Below, piece after piece: positions 1 through 7,786 of a DNA stretch of 50,415 nt. Position 1 is the stretch's first letter, and every line of letters begins with the position of its first letter. The notes below the pieces were generated by a model. It did not search any database. It was not told the DNA's origin and saw nothing but the letters and a program-made list of their open reading frames with translations. Made by a program: the position numbers and the translations under genes. Source of the DNA: Candidatus Delongbacteria bacterium (GTDB taxonomy: Bacteria; UBA4055); contig SLFX01000034.1 in NCBI GenBank assembly GCA_007124045.1, positions 1 through 50,415 on the forward strand. Direction: 5' to 3'.

Positions 1-116
1 AAAACACTATTGCAATTTAAAATATTATGTTTTAAATATGAAAACAACGGTTCGATTTAAAACACTATTGCAATTTAAAATATTATGTTTTAAATATGAA
101 AACAACGGTTCGATTT
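1..116. repeat. 58-bp tandem direct repeat, two identical complete copies, cut by the window edge
   Basis: Bases 1-58 and 59-116 are identical (aaaacactattgcaatttaaaatattatgttttaaatatgaaaacaacggttcgattt). There are no spacers between copies. Copy number is a minimum because the array starts at base 1. Confidence 0.9.
68..96 (+). promoter_or_regulatory. Candidate sigma70-type promoter inside repeat copy 2 (the same element lies in copy 1 at 10-38)
   Basis: TTGCAA (68-73), a 17-nt spacer, then TAAATA (91-96), 52 nt upstream of ATG 148. The inverted repeat TGTTTT-N7-AAAACA (86-104) overlaps the -10 element like an operator. Confidence 0.4.
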
Positions 117-147
117 TTTTAAAAAAAACTCGGGAGAATTATAAACC

Positions 148-594
148 ATGAGCAGAATTAATGAAATAATAGTAAAATACGATTCTTCTCCAAGCTGCCT
201 GATCCCTGTGCTTCAGGAGATTCAAAAAGAATTTAATTATCTTCCGGAAGAGGCTCTCGACGCTGTTTCGGAGAAACTCGGGGTGCCTTTGAACCAGGTT
301 TTCTCCGTCGCCACTTTTTATAACGCTTTTTCTCTTGATCCGAAAGGGAAGTTCGTTATTCAGGTCTGTATGGGTACCGCCTGCCATGTGAGAAACGCTC
401 CGAAGATCGTGTCCGAACTTGAAAGGCTGATCGGGATCAACAAGGGGGAAACTTCCGCCGATAATCTTTTCACGCTCGAGACGGTTAACTGCCTCGGCGC
501 GTGCGCTCTTGGCCCTGTGATGACTATTAACGGAAAATATTTCGGGCATCTTGAAGTAAATAAAATCGAAACTATCCTGAGAGAGTATCAATGA
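148..594 (+). CDS. NuoE/HydC-like thioredoxin-fold [2Fe-2S] subunit (24-kDa type) of a Bfu-family NADH-dependent flavin/FeS enzyme
   Basis: 148 aa. The four-Cys pattern CMGTACH...CLGACALGP is typical of NuoE/HydC. GGGAGA Shine-Dalgarno upstream. The stop overlaps the next start (ATGA at 591-594). Confidence 0.9.
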   Translation: MSRINEIIVKYDSSPSCLIPVLQEIQKEFNYLPEEALDAVSEKLGVPLNQVFSVATFYNAFSLDPKGKFVIQVCMGTACHVRNAPKIVSELERLIGINKGETSADNLFTLETVNCLGACALGPVMTINGKYFGHLEVNKIETILREYQ

Positions 595-2474
595 AAATAA
601 AAAATGTGAGTGAACTGAACGAACTTTTCAGAACAAAATCTGAGGAGTTCTCTAAAAGCAAAAGAATGATCTCGGTCTGCTGCGGAACGGGATGCAGGGC
701 CTGCGCTTCTGTGGAGGTCACGGATGAATTTAAACGGCTTGTGAAAGAGAATGGCCTCGAGGAAGAGATCGCGATCAAACAGACAGGCTGTCACGGTTTC
801 TGCGAAAAAGGCCCGCTGGTCGTCATTTATCCGGAGAAAATATTCTATATAGCAGTAAAGCCAGAAGATGCCGCGGAGATTTTTTCGGAGACGATCCAAA
901 ACGGCAGTGTCGTGGACAGGCTTCTGTACAGCGACCCTCTGACGGGCGAGAAAGTTGTATCCGAGCATGATGTGACCTTCTACAACAGGCAGAACAGAAT
1001 GATCTTCGGCAAAAACGGACTTATCAATCCCGAAGAGATCTACGACTATATAGCTCTGGGCGGATATACCGCACTTGGAAAAGCGCTGACTTCGATGACG
1101 GGTGAAAAGATCATATCCGAGGTTAAAAAGTCCGGACTGAGAGGCAGAGGCGGAGCGGGATTTCCTACGGGAGTCAAATGGGAGATGTGCGCCGCTTCGA
1201 AAAGCGATGTGAAATACCTGATCTGTAACGGCGACGAGGGAGACCCCGGTGCTTTTATGGACAGAAGTATCCTCGAAGGAAACCCGCACTCCGTTATAGA
1301 GGGCATGGTGATCGGGGCTTTTGCAGTCGGAGCATCGAAAGGCTATATTTATGTAAGAGAGGAGTACCCTCTCGCCGTAAAACATCTTATCGCGGCTATT
1401 CAGGAGGCGAATAACCACGGGCTTCTGGGTGAGAACATACTGGGAACGGGATTCTCGTTCAGCCTTGAGATATTCCAGGGTGCCGGAGCATTCGTATGCG
1501 GCGAGGAAACAGGCCTTATAGCCTCCATAGAGGGAAGGACGGGCAGACCGAGGCCAAGGCCGCCGTATCCGGCACAAAAAGGACTATGGGGCAAGCCGAC
1601 GAACATTAATAATGTAAAAACATGGGCCAACATACCACTTATTATAAACAACGGCGCGGATAATTTTGCGAAGACCGGTACGGAATCGAGCAAGGGAACG
1701 ATGATTTTCTCGCTCGTCGGCAAGATCAACAATACAGGTCTTATCGAAGTTCCTATGGGAATCACTTTAAGAGAGATCATTTTCGAGATCGGCGGCGGCA
1801 TTCCCGGCGGCAAAAAGTTCAAGGCTATTCAGACGGGCGGCCCTTCCGGCGGATGTATCCCTGTAGATAAACTCGACATGAGGATAGATTTCGACGAGCT
1901 TAAAAAAGCCGGCTCTATGATGGGTTCAGGCGGCCTTATCGTGATGGATGAGGACACCTGCATGGTGGATGTCGCGAAATATTTTCTCACCTTTACCCGC
2001 GAGGAATCCTGCGGAAAATGCACACCCTGCAGGGTCGGGACACAGGCGATGCTCGACATCCTGACCAGAATATGCGAAGGCAAAGGAGAACCTGCCGACA
2101 TTTCTAAGCTTAAAAAGCTTGCAGTCACGATAAGGGACGGATCACTTTGCGCCCTCGGCGGAACAGCTCCGAACCCCGTGCTTACGACGCTCGATTATTT
2201 CCTTGACGAATACAGGGCTCACATCGAGGATAAAAGATGCCCCGCTCTCGCCTGCAAGGAACTGCTCACCTATACTATTGATCCAGAAAAGTGTAAAGCC
2301 TGCGGACTCTGCAAAAAAGCCTGCGGGTTCGGAGCGATAGAAGGTGAGCCGAAAATTATCCACAAAGTCATTCAGGAAAAGTGCGTGAAATGCGGAGCGT
2401 GCTACGAGGCCTGCCCGAAAAAATTCGGCGCGGTCCTAAAAACATCCGGATCAAAAGAAAACAGAGGTGTTTAG
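591..2474 (+). CDS. NuoF/HydB-like NADH-binding FMN/FeS subunit with extra N-terminal 2Fe-2S and C-terminal 2x[4Fe-4S] domains
   Basis: 627 aa. N-terminal CCGTGC...GCHGFC. NuoF core motifs GLRGRGGAGFPTG, GEETGLIASIEG and ESCGKCTPCR. C-terminal CKACGLCKKAC and CVKCGACYEACP ferredoxin motifs. Confidence 0.9.
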   Translation: MKIKNVSELNELFRTKSEEFSKSKRMISVCCGTGCRACASVEVTDEFKRLVKENGLEEEIAIKQTGCHGFCEKGPLVVIYPEKIFYIAVKPEDAAEIFSETIQNGSVVDRLLYSDPLTGEKVVSEHDVTFYNRQNRMIFGKNGLINPEEIYDYIALGGYTALGKALTSMTGEKIISEVKKSGLRGRGGAGFPTGVKWEMCAASKSDVKYLICNGDEGDPGAFMDRSILEGNPHSVIEGMVIGAFAVGASKGYIYVREEYPLAVKHLIAAIQEANNHGLLGENILGTGFSFSLEIFQGAGAFVCGEETGLIASIEGRTGRPRPRPPYPAQKGLWGKPTNINNVKTWANIPLIINNGADNFAKTGTESSKGTMIFSLVGKINNTGLIEVPMGITLREIIFEIGGGIPGGKKFKAIQTGGPSGGCIPVDKLDMRIDFDELKKAGSMMGSGGLIVMDEDTCMVDVAKYFLTFTREESCGKCTPCRVGTQAMLDILTRICEGKGEPADISKLKKLAVTIRDGSLCALGGTAPNPVLTTLDYFLDEYRAHIEDKRCPALACKELLTYTIDPEKCKACGLCKKACGFGAIEGEPKIIHKVIQEKCVKCGACYEACPKKFGAVLKTSGSKENRGV

Positions 2475-2477
2475 ATT

Positions 2478-4088
2478 ATGGAAACCGTCAAAATAAAAAT
2501 AAACGACAAAGAATTCAGCGTTAAGAAAGGGACAACGGTTCTCAAAGCCGCGACCGATGCCGGATTTTACATTCCCGGTCTCTGCGCCCATCCGGACCTC
2601 AGGCCGGAAAGTTCCTGCAGATTATGCGTGGTACAGATAGAGGGTCAGAGAGGTTATCCCGTATCATGTTCAACGGAAGTGTCGGAAGGAATGAGGGTCA
2701 AAACTGATACTGATGAGATCAGAGAACTGCGGAAAGGAATATTAGAACTACTTCTACTCCAGCATCCTTCGGCCTGCCTGATGTGCGAAAGAGACGCCGT
2801 CTGCCCCGCGACCGATATTGACATGCACGAGGTTCTTTTTACGGACAGGTGCGTGAGCTGTTTCAAGAACAACGCCTGCGAACTTCAGAAAGTGGTGGAT
2901 CATATTGGCCTTAAACAGATAGAACTTGATGCAAAAAGAGCCGAATTTGAAGTAGTCACGGACAACCCGATCTTTGATATTGACTACAATCTGTGCGTGC
3001 TCTGCGGAAGATGCATCAGGGTCTGTTCGGAGCTTATGGACATAGGTGTCGTATCGTATACTCAAAGGGGCAACAGAACTGTGGTGAGCACTCCGCTGGG
3101 CAGAAAGATGAAGGATTCGGGATGTAAATACTGCGGCGCGTGCGTTCAGGTCTGCCCTACCGGAAGCCTTGTTTTCAAGGCGAACAAGTTCACCGGAGTG
3201 TCAAATGATGACCTGCCTGTCGCCTGTGTAAACGCGTGCCCTGCCGGAATTGATGTTCCGCGCTTTATTTCCCTTATGAAAAAAGACAAAAATGATGAGG
3301 CTTTCGGCGTTCTGTGCGAAGGCTCCCCCTTCCCGGCGACACTCGGCAGGATCTGCACCGCGCCCTGCGAAAAAGACTGCTGGAGAAATGAGCTTAACGA
3401 CCCGATCGCTATAAGAATTCTGGAAAGATTCCTTTCCGAGAAGCATTATGCTCCCGTTTCAAAAAGCGGCATTGCAAAAACCGGAAAAAAGATCGCCGTT
3501 GAAGGATCCGGCCCCGGAGCTCTTACCGCAGCATATTTTCTGGCGCTGAAAGGTCATGATGTTACGGTTTTTGCGGAAAATAGCCAGGCGGGCGGTTTTT
3601 TGAGAACCGGTTTTTCAGCCACCGACCTTCCCGCAGATATCGTTGACAGAGAGATCGCATCTATCATATCGCTCGGTGTGCTGATCAAGACCGGAGAGGC
3701 TTTAAAAACAGACGGAATTGTACGATCCGGTTTTGATGCGGCCGTCCTGACAGAATATTCAGTACACGAAGTTAAACCGCCGGTCTTTAGATTGGCCGAT
3801 GCTGACGGTAAAGATATTCATGTAATAGATGCCGTGGGCGGCGCTAAAAAAGCGGCGGACGCTGTTGACAAATACCTCGGCGGCACAGTCGAAGTTAAAG
3901 ATGAAACTGTAATATCCGCCGATGATTTCAAACTCGGAATGGAAAAAGGTTTCGCGGACAGAAAAAAAGAGATACAAGACGATGTTACAGATACAAAAGA
4001 AGCACTGTATGAGGCTTCGAGATGCTTAAGATGCGACCTCAGGCACAAGATTTCCAAGGTTAAACTACCCGGAGAAGATCATGAATAA
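2478..4088 (+). CDS. Fusion of a NuoG/HydA-N-terminus-like FeS domain with a GltD/NfnB-like N-terminal FeS plus FAD domain; the NAD(P)H domain is missing
   Basis: 536 aa. It has a 2Fe-2S motif (CAHPD...CRLC...C), HPSACLMCERDAVC, CVLCGRCIRVC and CKYCGACVQVCP. Next come GltD-type CVNACPAGIDVPRFI...CTAPCEKDC and the dinucleotide fold GKKIAVEGSGPGALTAAYFLALKGHDVTVF. The protein then runs quickly to the GltD C-terminal helix (IDAVGGAKKAADAVDKYL) without a second GxGxxA Rossmann motif. No H-cluster or molybdopterin motifs are present. Confidence 0.8.
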   Translation: METVKIKINDKEFSVKKGTTVLKAATDAGFYIPGLCAHPDLRPESSCRLCVVQIEGQRGYPVSCSTEVSEGMRVKTDTDEIRELRKGILELLLLQHPSACLMCERDAVCPATDIDMHEVLFTDRCVSCFKNNACELQKVVDHIGLKQIELDAKRAEFEVVTDNPIFDIDYNLCVLCGRCIRVCSELMDIGVVSYTQRGNRTVVSTPLGRKMKDSGCKYCGACVQVCPTGSLVFKANKFTGVSNDDLPVACVNACPAGIDVPRFISLMKKDKNDEAFGVLCEGSPFPATLGRICTAPCEKDCWRNELNDPIAIRILERFLSEKHYAPVSKSGIAKTGKKIAVEGSGPGALTAAYFLALKGHDVTVFAENSQAGGFLRTGFSATDLPADIVDREIASIISLGVLIKTGEALKTDGIVRSGFDAAVLTEYSVHEVKPPVFRLADADGKDIHVIDAVGGAKKAADAVDKYLGGTVEVKDETVISADDFKLGMEKGFADRKKEIQDDVTDTKEALYEASRCLRCDLRHKISKVKLPGEDHE

Positions 4089-4935
4089 AATACTTAAAAA
4101 AGAAATTCTGACTGATAAGATCCACATGTTCGAGGTTGAAGCTCCCCAGATGGCAAAAAAGGCGAGAGCCGGGCAGTTCATTATTCTCAAAATATCGGAT
4201 AAAGCAGAAAGGATCCCTCTCACAATAGCCGATTACGACAGGGAAAGAGGAACCATTACGATAGTTTTCATGGAGGTGGGTAAAAGCAGTACAGAACTTG
4301 CGACACTTAATGAAGGTGACTATATCGAATGTTTCGCGGGCCCTCTGGGTAAACCGACCGAGGATGAAAATTACGGAACCGTTATCTGTGTCGGAGGAGG
4401 TTTTGCCATAGCCCCTATTCACGCAATAGCCAAAGCTATGAAACAGGCGGGCAACAAAGTTATAACGATTATTGGAGCAAGAACAAAGCATCTTCTCTTT
4501 TGGGAAGATAAAATCAGGGCGGTTAGCGATGAGGTGACTATCGTTACAGATGACGGGTCTTACGGCCGCAAAGCTCTTGTGACCGAACCTTTAAAGGAAC
4601 TGCTCACAGAAAGAAGCGATGTGAAGCTTGTTGTTGCAGTCGGTCCTGTTATGATGATGAAATTCTGTTCGCTTACAACAAAACCTTTCGATATTAAAAC
4701 CATGGTCAGCCTTAACCCGATCATGATAGACGGCACCGGAATGTGCGGATGCTGCAGGGTCTCGGTGGGTGGAAGAACAAGATTCGCTTGTGTTGACGGA
4801 CCGGATTTCGACGGTCACGAAGTTGACTGGGATGTCCTTCAGTTAAGACAGACGGCTTACATCAAAGAAGAAAAAACTTCGATGGACAGATATATGTCGG
4901 AAGTAAACAAAGACGGAAGCAGGGGAGATATATAA
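4081..4935 (+). CDS. nfnA: NfnA: NADH-dependent reduced ferredoxin:NADP+ oxidoreductase small subunit (PyrK-like FAD/[2Fe-2S])
   Basis: 284 aa. The N-terminus MNKILKKEILTDKIHMFEVEAPQMAKKARAGQF...ERIPLTIADYD and the C-terminal GTGMCGCCRV...FACVDGPDFDGHEVDW motif are typical of NfnA/sulfide dehydrogenase beta-type proteins. It overlaps the upstream gene by 8 nt. Confidence 0.88.
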   Translation: MNKILKKEILTDKIHMFEVEAPQMAKKARAGQFIILKISDKAERIPLTIADYDRERGTITIVFMEVGKSSTELATLNEGDYIECFAGPLGKPTEDENYGTVICVGGGFAIAPIHAIAKAMKQAGNKVITIIGARTKHLLFWEDKIRAVSDEVTIVTDDGSYGRKALVTEPLKELLTERSDVKLVVAVGPVMMMKFCSLTTKPFDIKTMVSLNPIMIDGTGMCGCCRVSVGGRTRFACVDGPDFDGHEVDWDVLQLRQTAYIKEEKTSMDRYMSEVNKDGSRGDI

Positions 4936-6380
4936 TGGCAGGTTTAAAAACAGCTAAGTCCGTTTCTATGAGAAATCAGGAACCGGCAGAAAGAAAAAAG
5001 AATTTTGAGGAAGTAGCACTTGGTTATTCCGAAGAAGAAGCACTGACGGAATCTAAGCGATGTGTGCATTTTGCTCCCAAGCTGCTCGATGACGGGCGAA
5101 CCATACTTTGCTGCCCCGAAAGACCTTGCACAAAAGGATGCCCTGTAGGAGTTGACATACCCGACTTTATAAAGGCCGTCAGGGACGGAGAGATGCAGAA
5201 GGCTGTGGATATACTTAAAGCAAAGAACAGCCTCCCGGGAGTTTGCGGAAGGGTTTGTCCTCAGGAATCGCAATGTCAGGCCGAATGTGTGGTAAAGGAC
5301 GCAGGAGATCCTGTAGAAATAGGCAGACTTGAAAGATATGTTGCCGATTGGGAACTCGGTCAGAGGAAAAAAAGCCCGCTGAAGGATCTTAAAATTACTC
5401 CGACAGGAAAAAAGGTCGCCGTAGTCGGTTCAGGACCCGCAGGACTGACAGTTGCAGGTGATCTAGCAAAAAATGGTCATAAAGTGGTAATGTACGAAGC
5501 TCTGCATGTCGCCGGCGGTGTACTGATGTACGGCATCCCCGAGTTCAGACTTCCCAAAGATGTTGTCATGTCCGAAGTGGAATATGTAAGATCTCTCGGT
5601 GTTGAAATAAAGCTCGATCATGTGGTGGGAAAGATTATCACAGCCGACGAACTGCTCGAAAGCGGTTACGATGCCGTATTCCTCGGCCCGGGTGCCGGAG
5701 CTCCTATGTTTCTCAACATCGAGGGTGAGAACCTCAACGGGATATTTTCGGCGAACGAATTTCTTACAAGGGTCAATTTGATGAAATCATATCTGTTCCC
5801 CGATTACGATACTCCGGTGCAGAAATCCAGGGTCGTCGCAGTAATTGGCGCGGGAAATGTGGCTATGGATGCCACCAGATGCGCACTCAGGATCGGGGCC
5901 GAACAGGTTCATATTATTTACAGAAGATCAATGGAAGAGGTTCCCGCAAGGCACGAGGAGGTTGAACATGCACTCGAAGAAGGAGTAGTTTTTAACATAC
6001 TTACCAATCCGATAAAATTCATTGGCGATGAAAAAGGAAATGTGACCGAAATGATTTGTCAGAAGATGGAACTGGGCGAACCGGATCAGAGCGGAAGAAG
6101 AAGGCCTTTCCCGATCAAAGATTCTGAATTCAGTATAAAAATAGATGCCGCGATCATAGCCCTGGGAACATATCCTAATCCAGTCATACCAGAAACGACT
6201 TCAGAGCTCGAACTGACAAGATGGGGTACCATAAAAACTGACGAAAATACCGGTAGAACCAGCAGAAAAGGCATTTGGTGCGGAGGAGATATGGCAACAG
6301 GAGCAGCAACCGTTATCAGTGCGATGGGTGCAGGAAAAAGGGCAGCTAAGGACATGGACGAATATCTGAAGAATAACTAG
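4935..6380 (+). CDS. nfnB: NfnB: GltD-like large subunit (2x[4Fe-4S], FAD, NADPH)
   Basis: 481 aa. It has CPVGVDIPDFI...CGRVCPQESQCQAEC, GKKVAVVGSGPAGLT, a second Rossmann motif VAVIGAGNVAMD, and a C-terminal VISAMGAGKRAAKDMDEYL. TAATG overlap with nfnA. Confidence 0.9.
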   Translation: MAGLKTAKSVSMRNQEPAERKKNFEEVALGYSEEEALTESKRCVHFAPKLLDDGRTILCCPERPCTKGCPVGVDIPDFIKAVRDGEMQKAVDILKAKNSLPGVCGRVCPQESQCQAECVVKDAGDPVEIGRLERYVADWELGQRKKSPLKDLKITPTGKKVAVVGSGPAGLTVAGDLAKNGHKVVMYEALHVAGGVLMYGIPEFRLPKDVVMSEVEYVRSLGVEIKLDHVVGKIITADELLESGYDAVFLGPGAGAPMFLNIEGENLNGIFSANEFLTRVNLMKSYLFPDYDTPVQKSRVVAVIGAGNVAMDATRCALRIGAEQVHIIYRRSMEEVPARHEEVEHALEEGVVFNILTNPIKFIGDEKGNVTEMICQKMELGEPDQSGRRRPFPIKDSEFSIKIDAAIIALGTYPNPVIPETTSELELTRWGTIKTDENTGRTSRKGIWCGGDMATGAATVISAMGAGKRAAKDMDEYLKNN

Positions 6381-6496
6381 ATATTCTTAGAACCCGGCTT
6401 ATGATCCCATATTTTAGTTTTATTTGCTTTTATTTACCGGTATATTGATTTATATTGTTATGAACTAACAGGTCTGATCTAATGCCGGAGGATAAA

Positions 6497-7786
6497 ATGG
6501 GAACAGATTCATACAATCCTTTCAGAACCGCTCAGAAACAATTTGACAGAGCAGCCATTATCCTGAATCTTGATAGCGCAAGCAAAGATCTTCTGCGAAT
6601 ACCCATGAAAGAATTTCATTTCAGTATACCTGTCCGGATGGATGACGGGTCGAAAAAGATCTTCAGAGGCTACAGGATCATGCACAACAACGCAAGAGGC
6701 GCAGCCAAGGGTGGAATAAGGTTCCACCGGCACGAATCTGTCGATTCGTTAAGGGCTCTTTCCATGCTGATGAGCTGGAAGACTGCAGTGGCTGACCTGC
6801 CTCTGGGAGGAGCATACGGCGGAGTGGAATGCGACCCGAGAGACCTTTCCGAAAATGAACAGGAACAGATATGTAGAGGCTATGTCAGACAGAATTTTAA
6901 TAATATGGGTCCTGAAATCGATGTACCTGCACCTGATCTTATGACCAATGCCATGCACATGCTCTGGATGCTCGATGAGTACGAAACTATGACAGGAAAA
7001 AGAACACCCGGTTTTATTACGGGTAAGCCCGTAGAAATGGGGGGCTCGCTCGGTAAAAAAGAAGCTACCGGTTACGGGGTAATGCTCTGTGTCCGTGAAG
7101 CTTTGAAGGAACTCAGTATCAGTCCGTCAAAGACCTCAGCAAGTTTTCAGGGATTCGGTAATGTAGCACAGAACGCAATAGACCTGTATCAGAAAATGGG
7201 CGGAAAAATCGAATGCATTTCGTGCCTGGACAGAAAAGAAATGAAAGAGATATCCTATTCCAAAGCTGGAGGAGTTATACCTGATGAATTAAGAAAGGTT
7301 ACCGATCCTTTCGGAGGGATAGACAAAAAAAAGGCGGAGGATCTCGGCTACGAGGCAGAGTATAACGACGCGTGGATGAAAAAAGAAGTGGATATTCTTG
7401 TCCCGTGCGCCATAGAAAATCTTATAACTGAAGCAAACTATTCTTCCATACCAGAATCTGTCAAAATTATTGCGGAAGGGGCAAACAGTCCCATCAACCC
7501 GAAGGCGGAAGAAATTCTCGAAAAACAAAATAAGATAAAAATAATACCTGACATACTTGCAAATTCGGGCGGAGTAATATGCTCCTACTTCGAACAGGTG
7601 CAGTCGAACATGAATTATTACTGGGACAAGAACGAGGTTTTCGCAAAACTAGATCAGAAAATAACATCAGCTTATGTATCTGTAAGCGATTTTGCTGTTA
7701 AAAACGGGATCAGTATGCGGGAATCCGCATTTATCATAGCTGCGGAAAGAGTTGCTGATGCCTGCAGAGAAAGAGGTTGGGTATGA
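6497..7786 (+). CDS. Glutamate dehydrogenase-family (ELFV) protein with Tyr in place of the catalytic Lys
   Basis: Family motifs present: AAKGGIRFH, SWKTAV, DVPAPDL, FQGFGNVAQ, EGANSPINP and PDILANSGGVICSYFEQVQS. The active-site glycine-rich motif reads LPLGGAYGGVECDP, with codon TAC at 6815-6817. The start is set at ATG 6497 because GGAGG lies at 6487-6491; the ORF track starts at ATG 6482. Confidence 0.85.
   Translation: MGTDSYNPFRTAQKQFDRAAIILNLDSASKDLLRIPMKEFHFSIPVRMDDGSKKIFRGYRIMHNNARGAAKGGIRFHRHESVDSLRALSMLMSWKTAVADLPLGGAYGGVECDPRDLSENEQEQICRGYVRQNFNNMGPEIDVPAPDLMTNAMHMLWMLDEYETMTGKRTPGFITGKPVEMGGSLGKKEATGYGVMLCVREALKELSISPSKTSASFQGFGNVAQNAIDLYQKMGGKIECISCLDRKEMKEISYSKAGGVIPDELRKVTDPFGGIDKKKAEDLGYEAEYNDAWMKKEVDILVPCAIENLITEANYSSIPESVKIIAEGANSPINPKAEEILEKQNKIKIIPDILANSGGVICSYFEQVQSNMNYYWDKNEVFAKLDQKITSAYVSVSDFAVKNGISMRESAFIIAAERVADACRERGWV

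Noticed and set aside
1-116. The 58-bp repeats as a CRISPR array or a tRNA-derived att site (they contain GGTTCGATT, reminiscent of a T-loop)
   Set aside because: The copies are directly adjacent with no spacers, and the unit is too long for a CRISPR repeat. No T-stem complement or acceptor sequence flanks GGTTCGATT. No integrase or cas genes are nearby.
139-1577. Long minus-strand ORFs (139-591, 588-1577) opposite the NuoE/NuoF-like genes
   Set aside because: Their translations are low-complexity, Arg/Ser-rich and have no motifs. The plus-strand frames carry unmistakable NuoE/NuoF motifs. These are typical antisense shadow ORFs.
2478-4088. Calling this ORF a [FeFe]-hydrogenase or formate dehydrogenase catalytic subunit because of its NuoG/HydA-like N-terminus next to NuoE/NuoF-like genes
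   Set aside because: There are no H-cluster motifs and no molybdopterin-binding domain. The C-terminal half is GltD-like instead.
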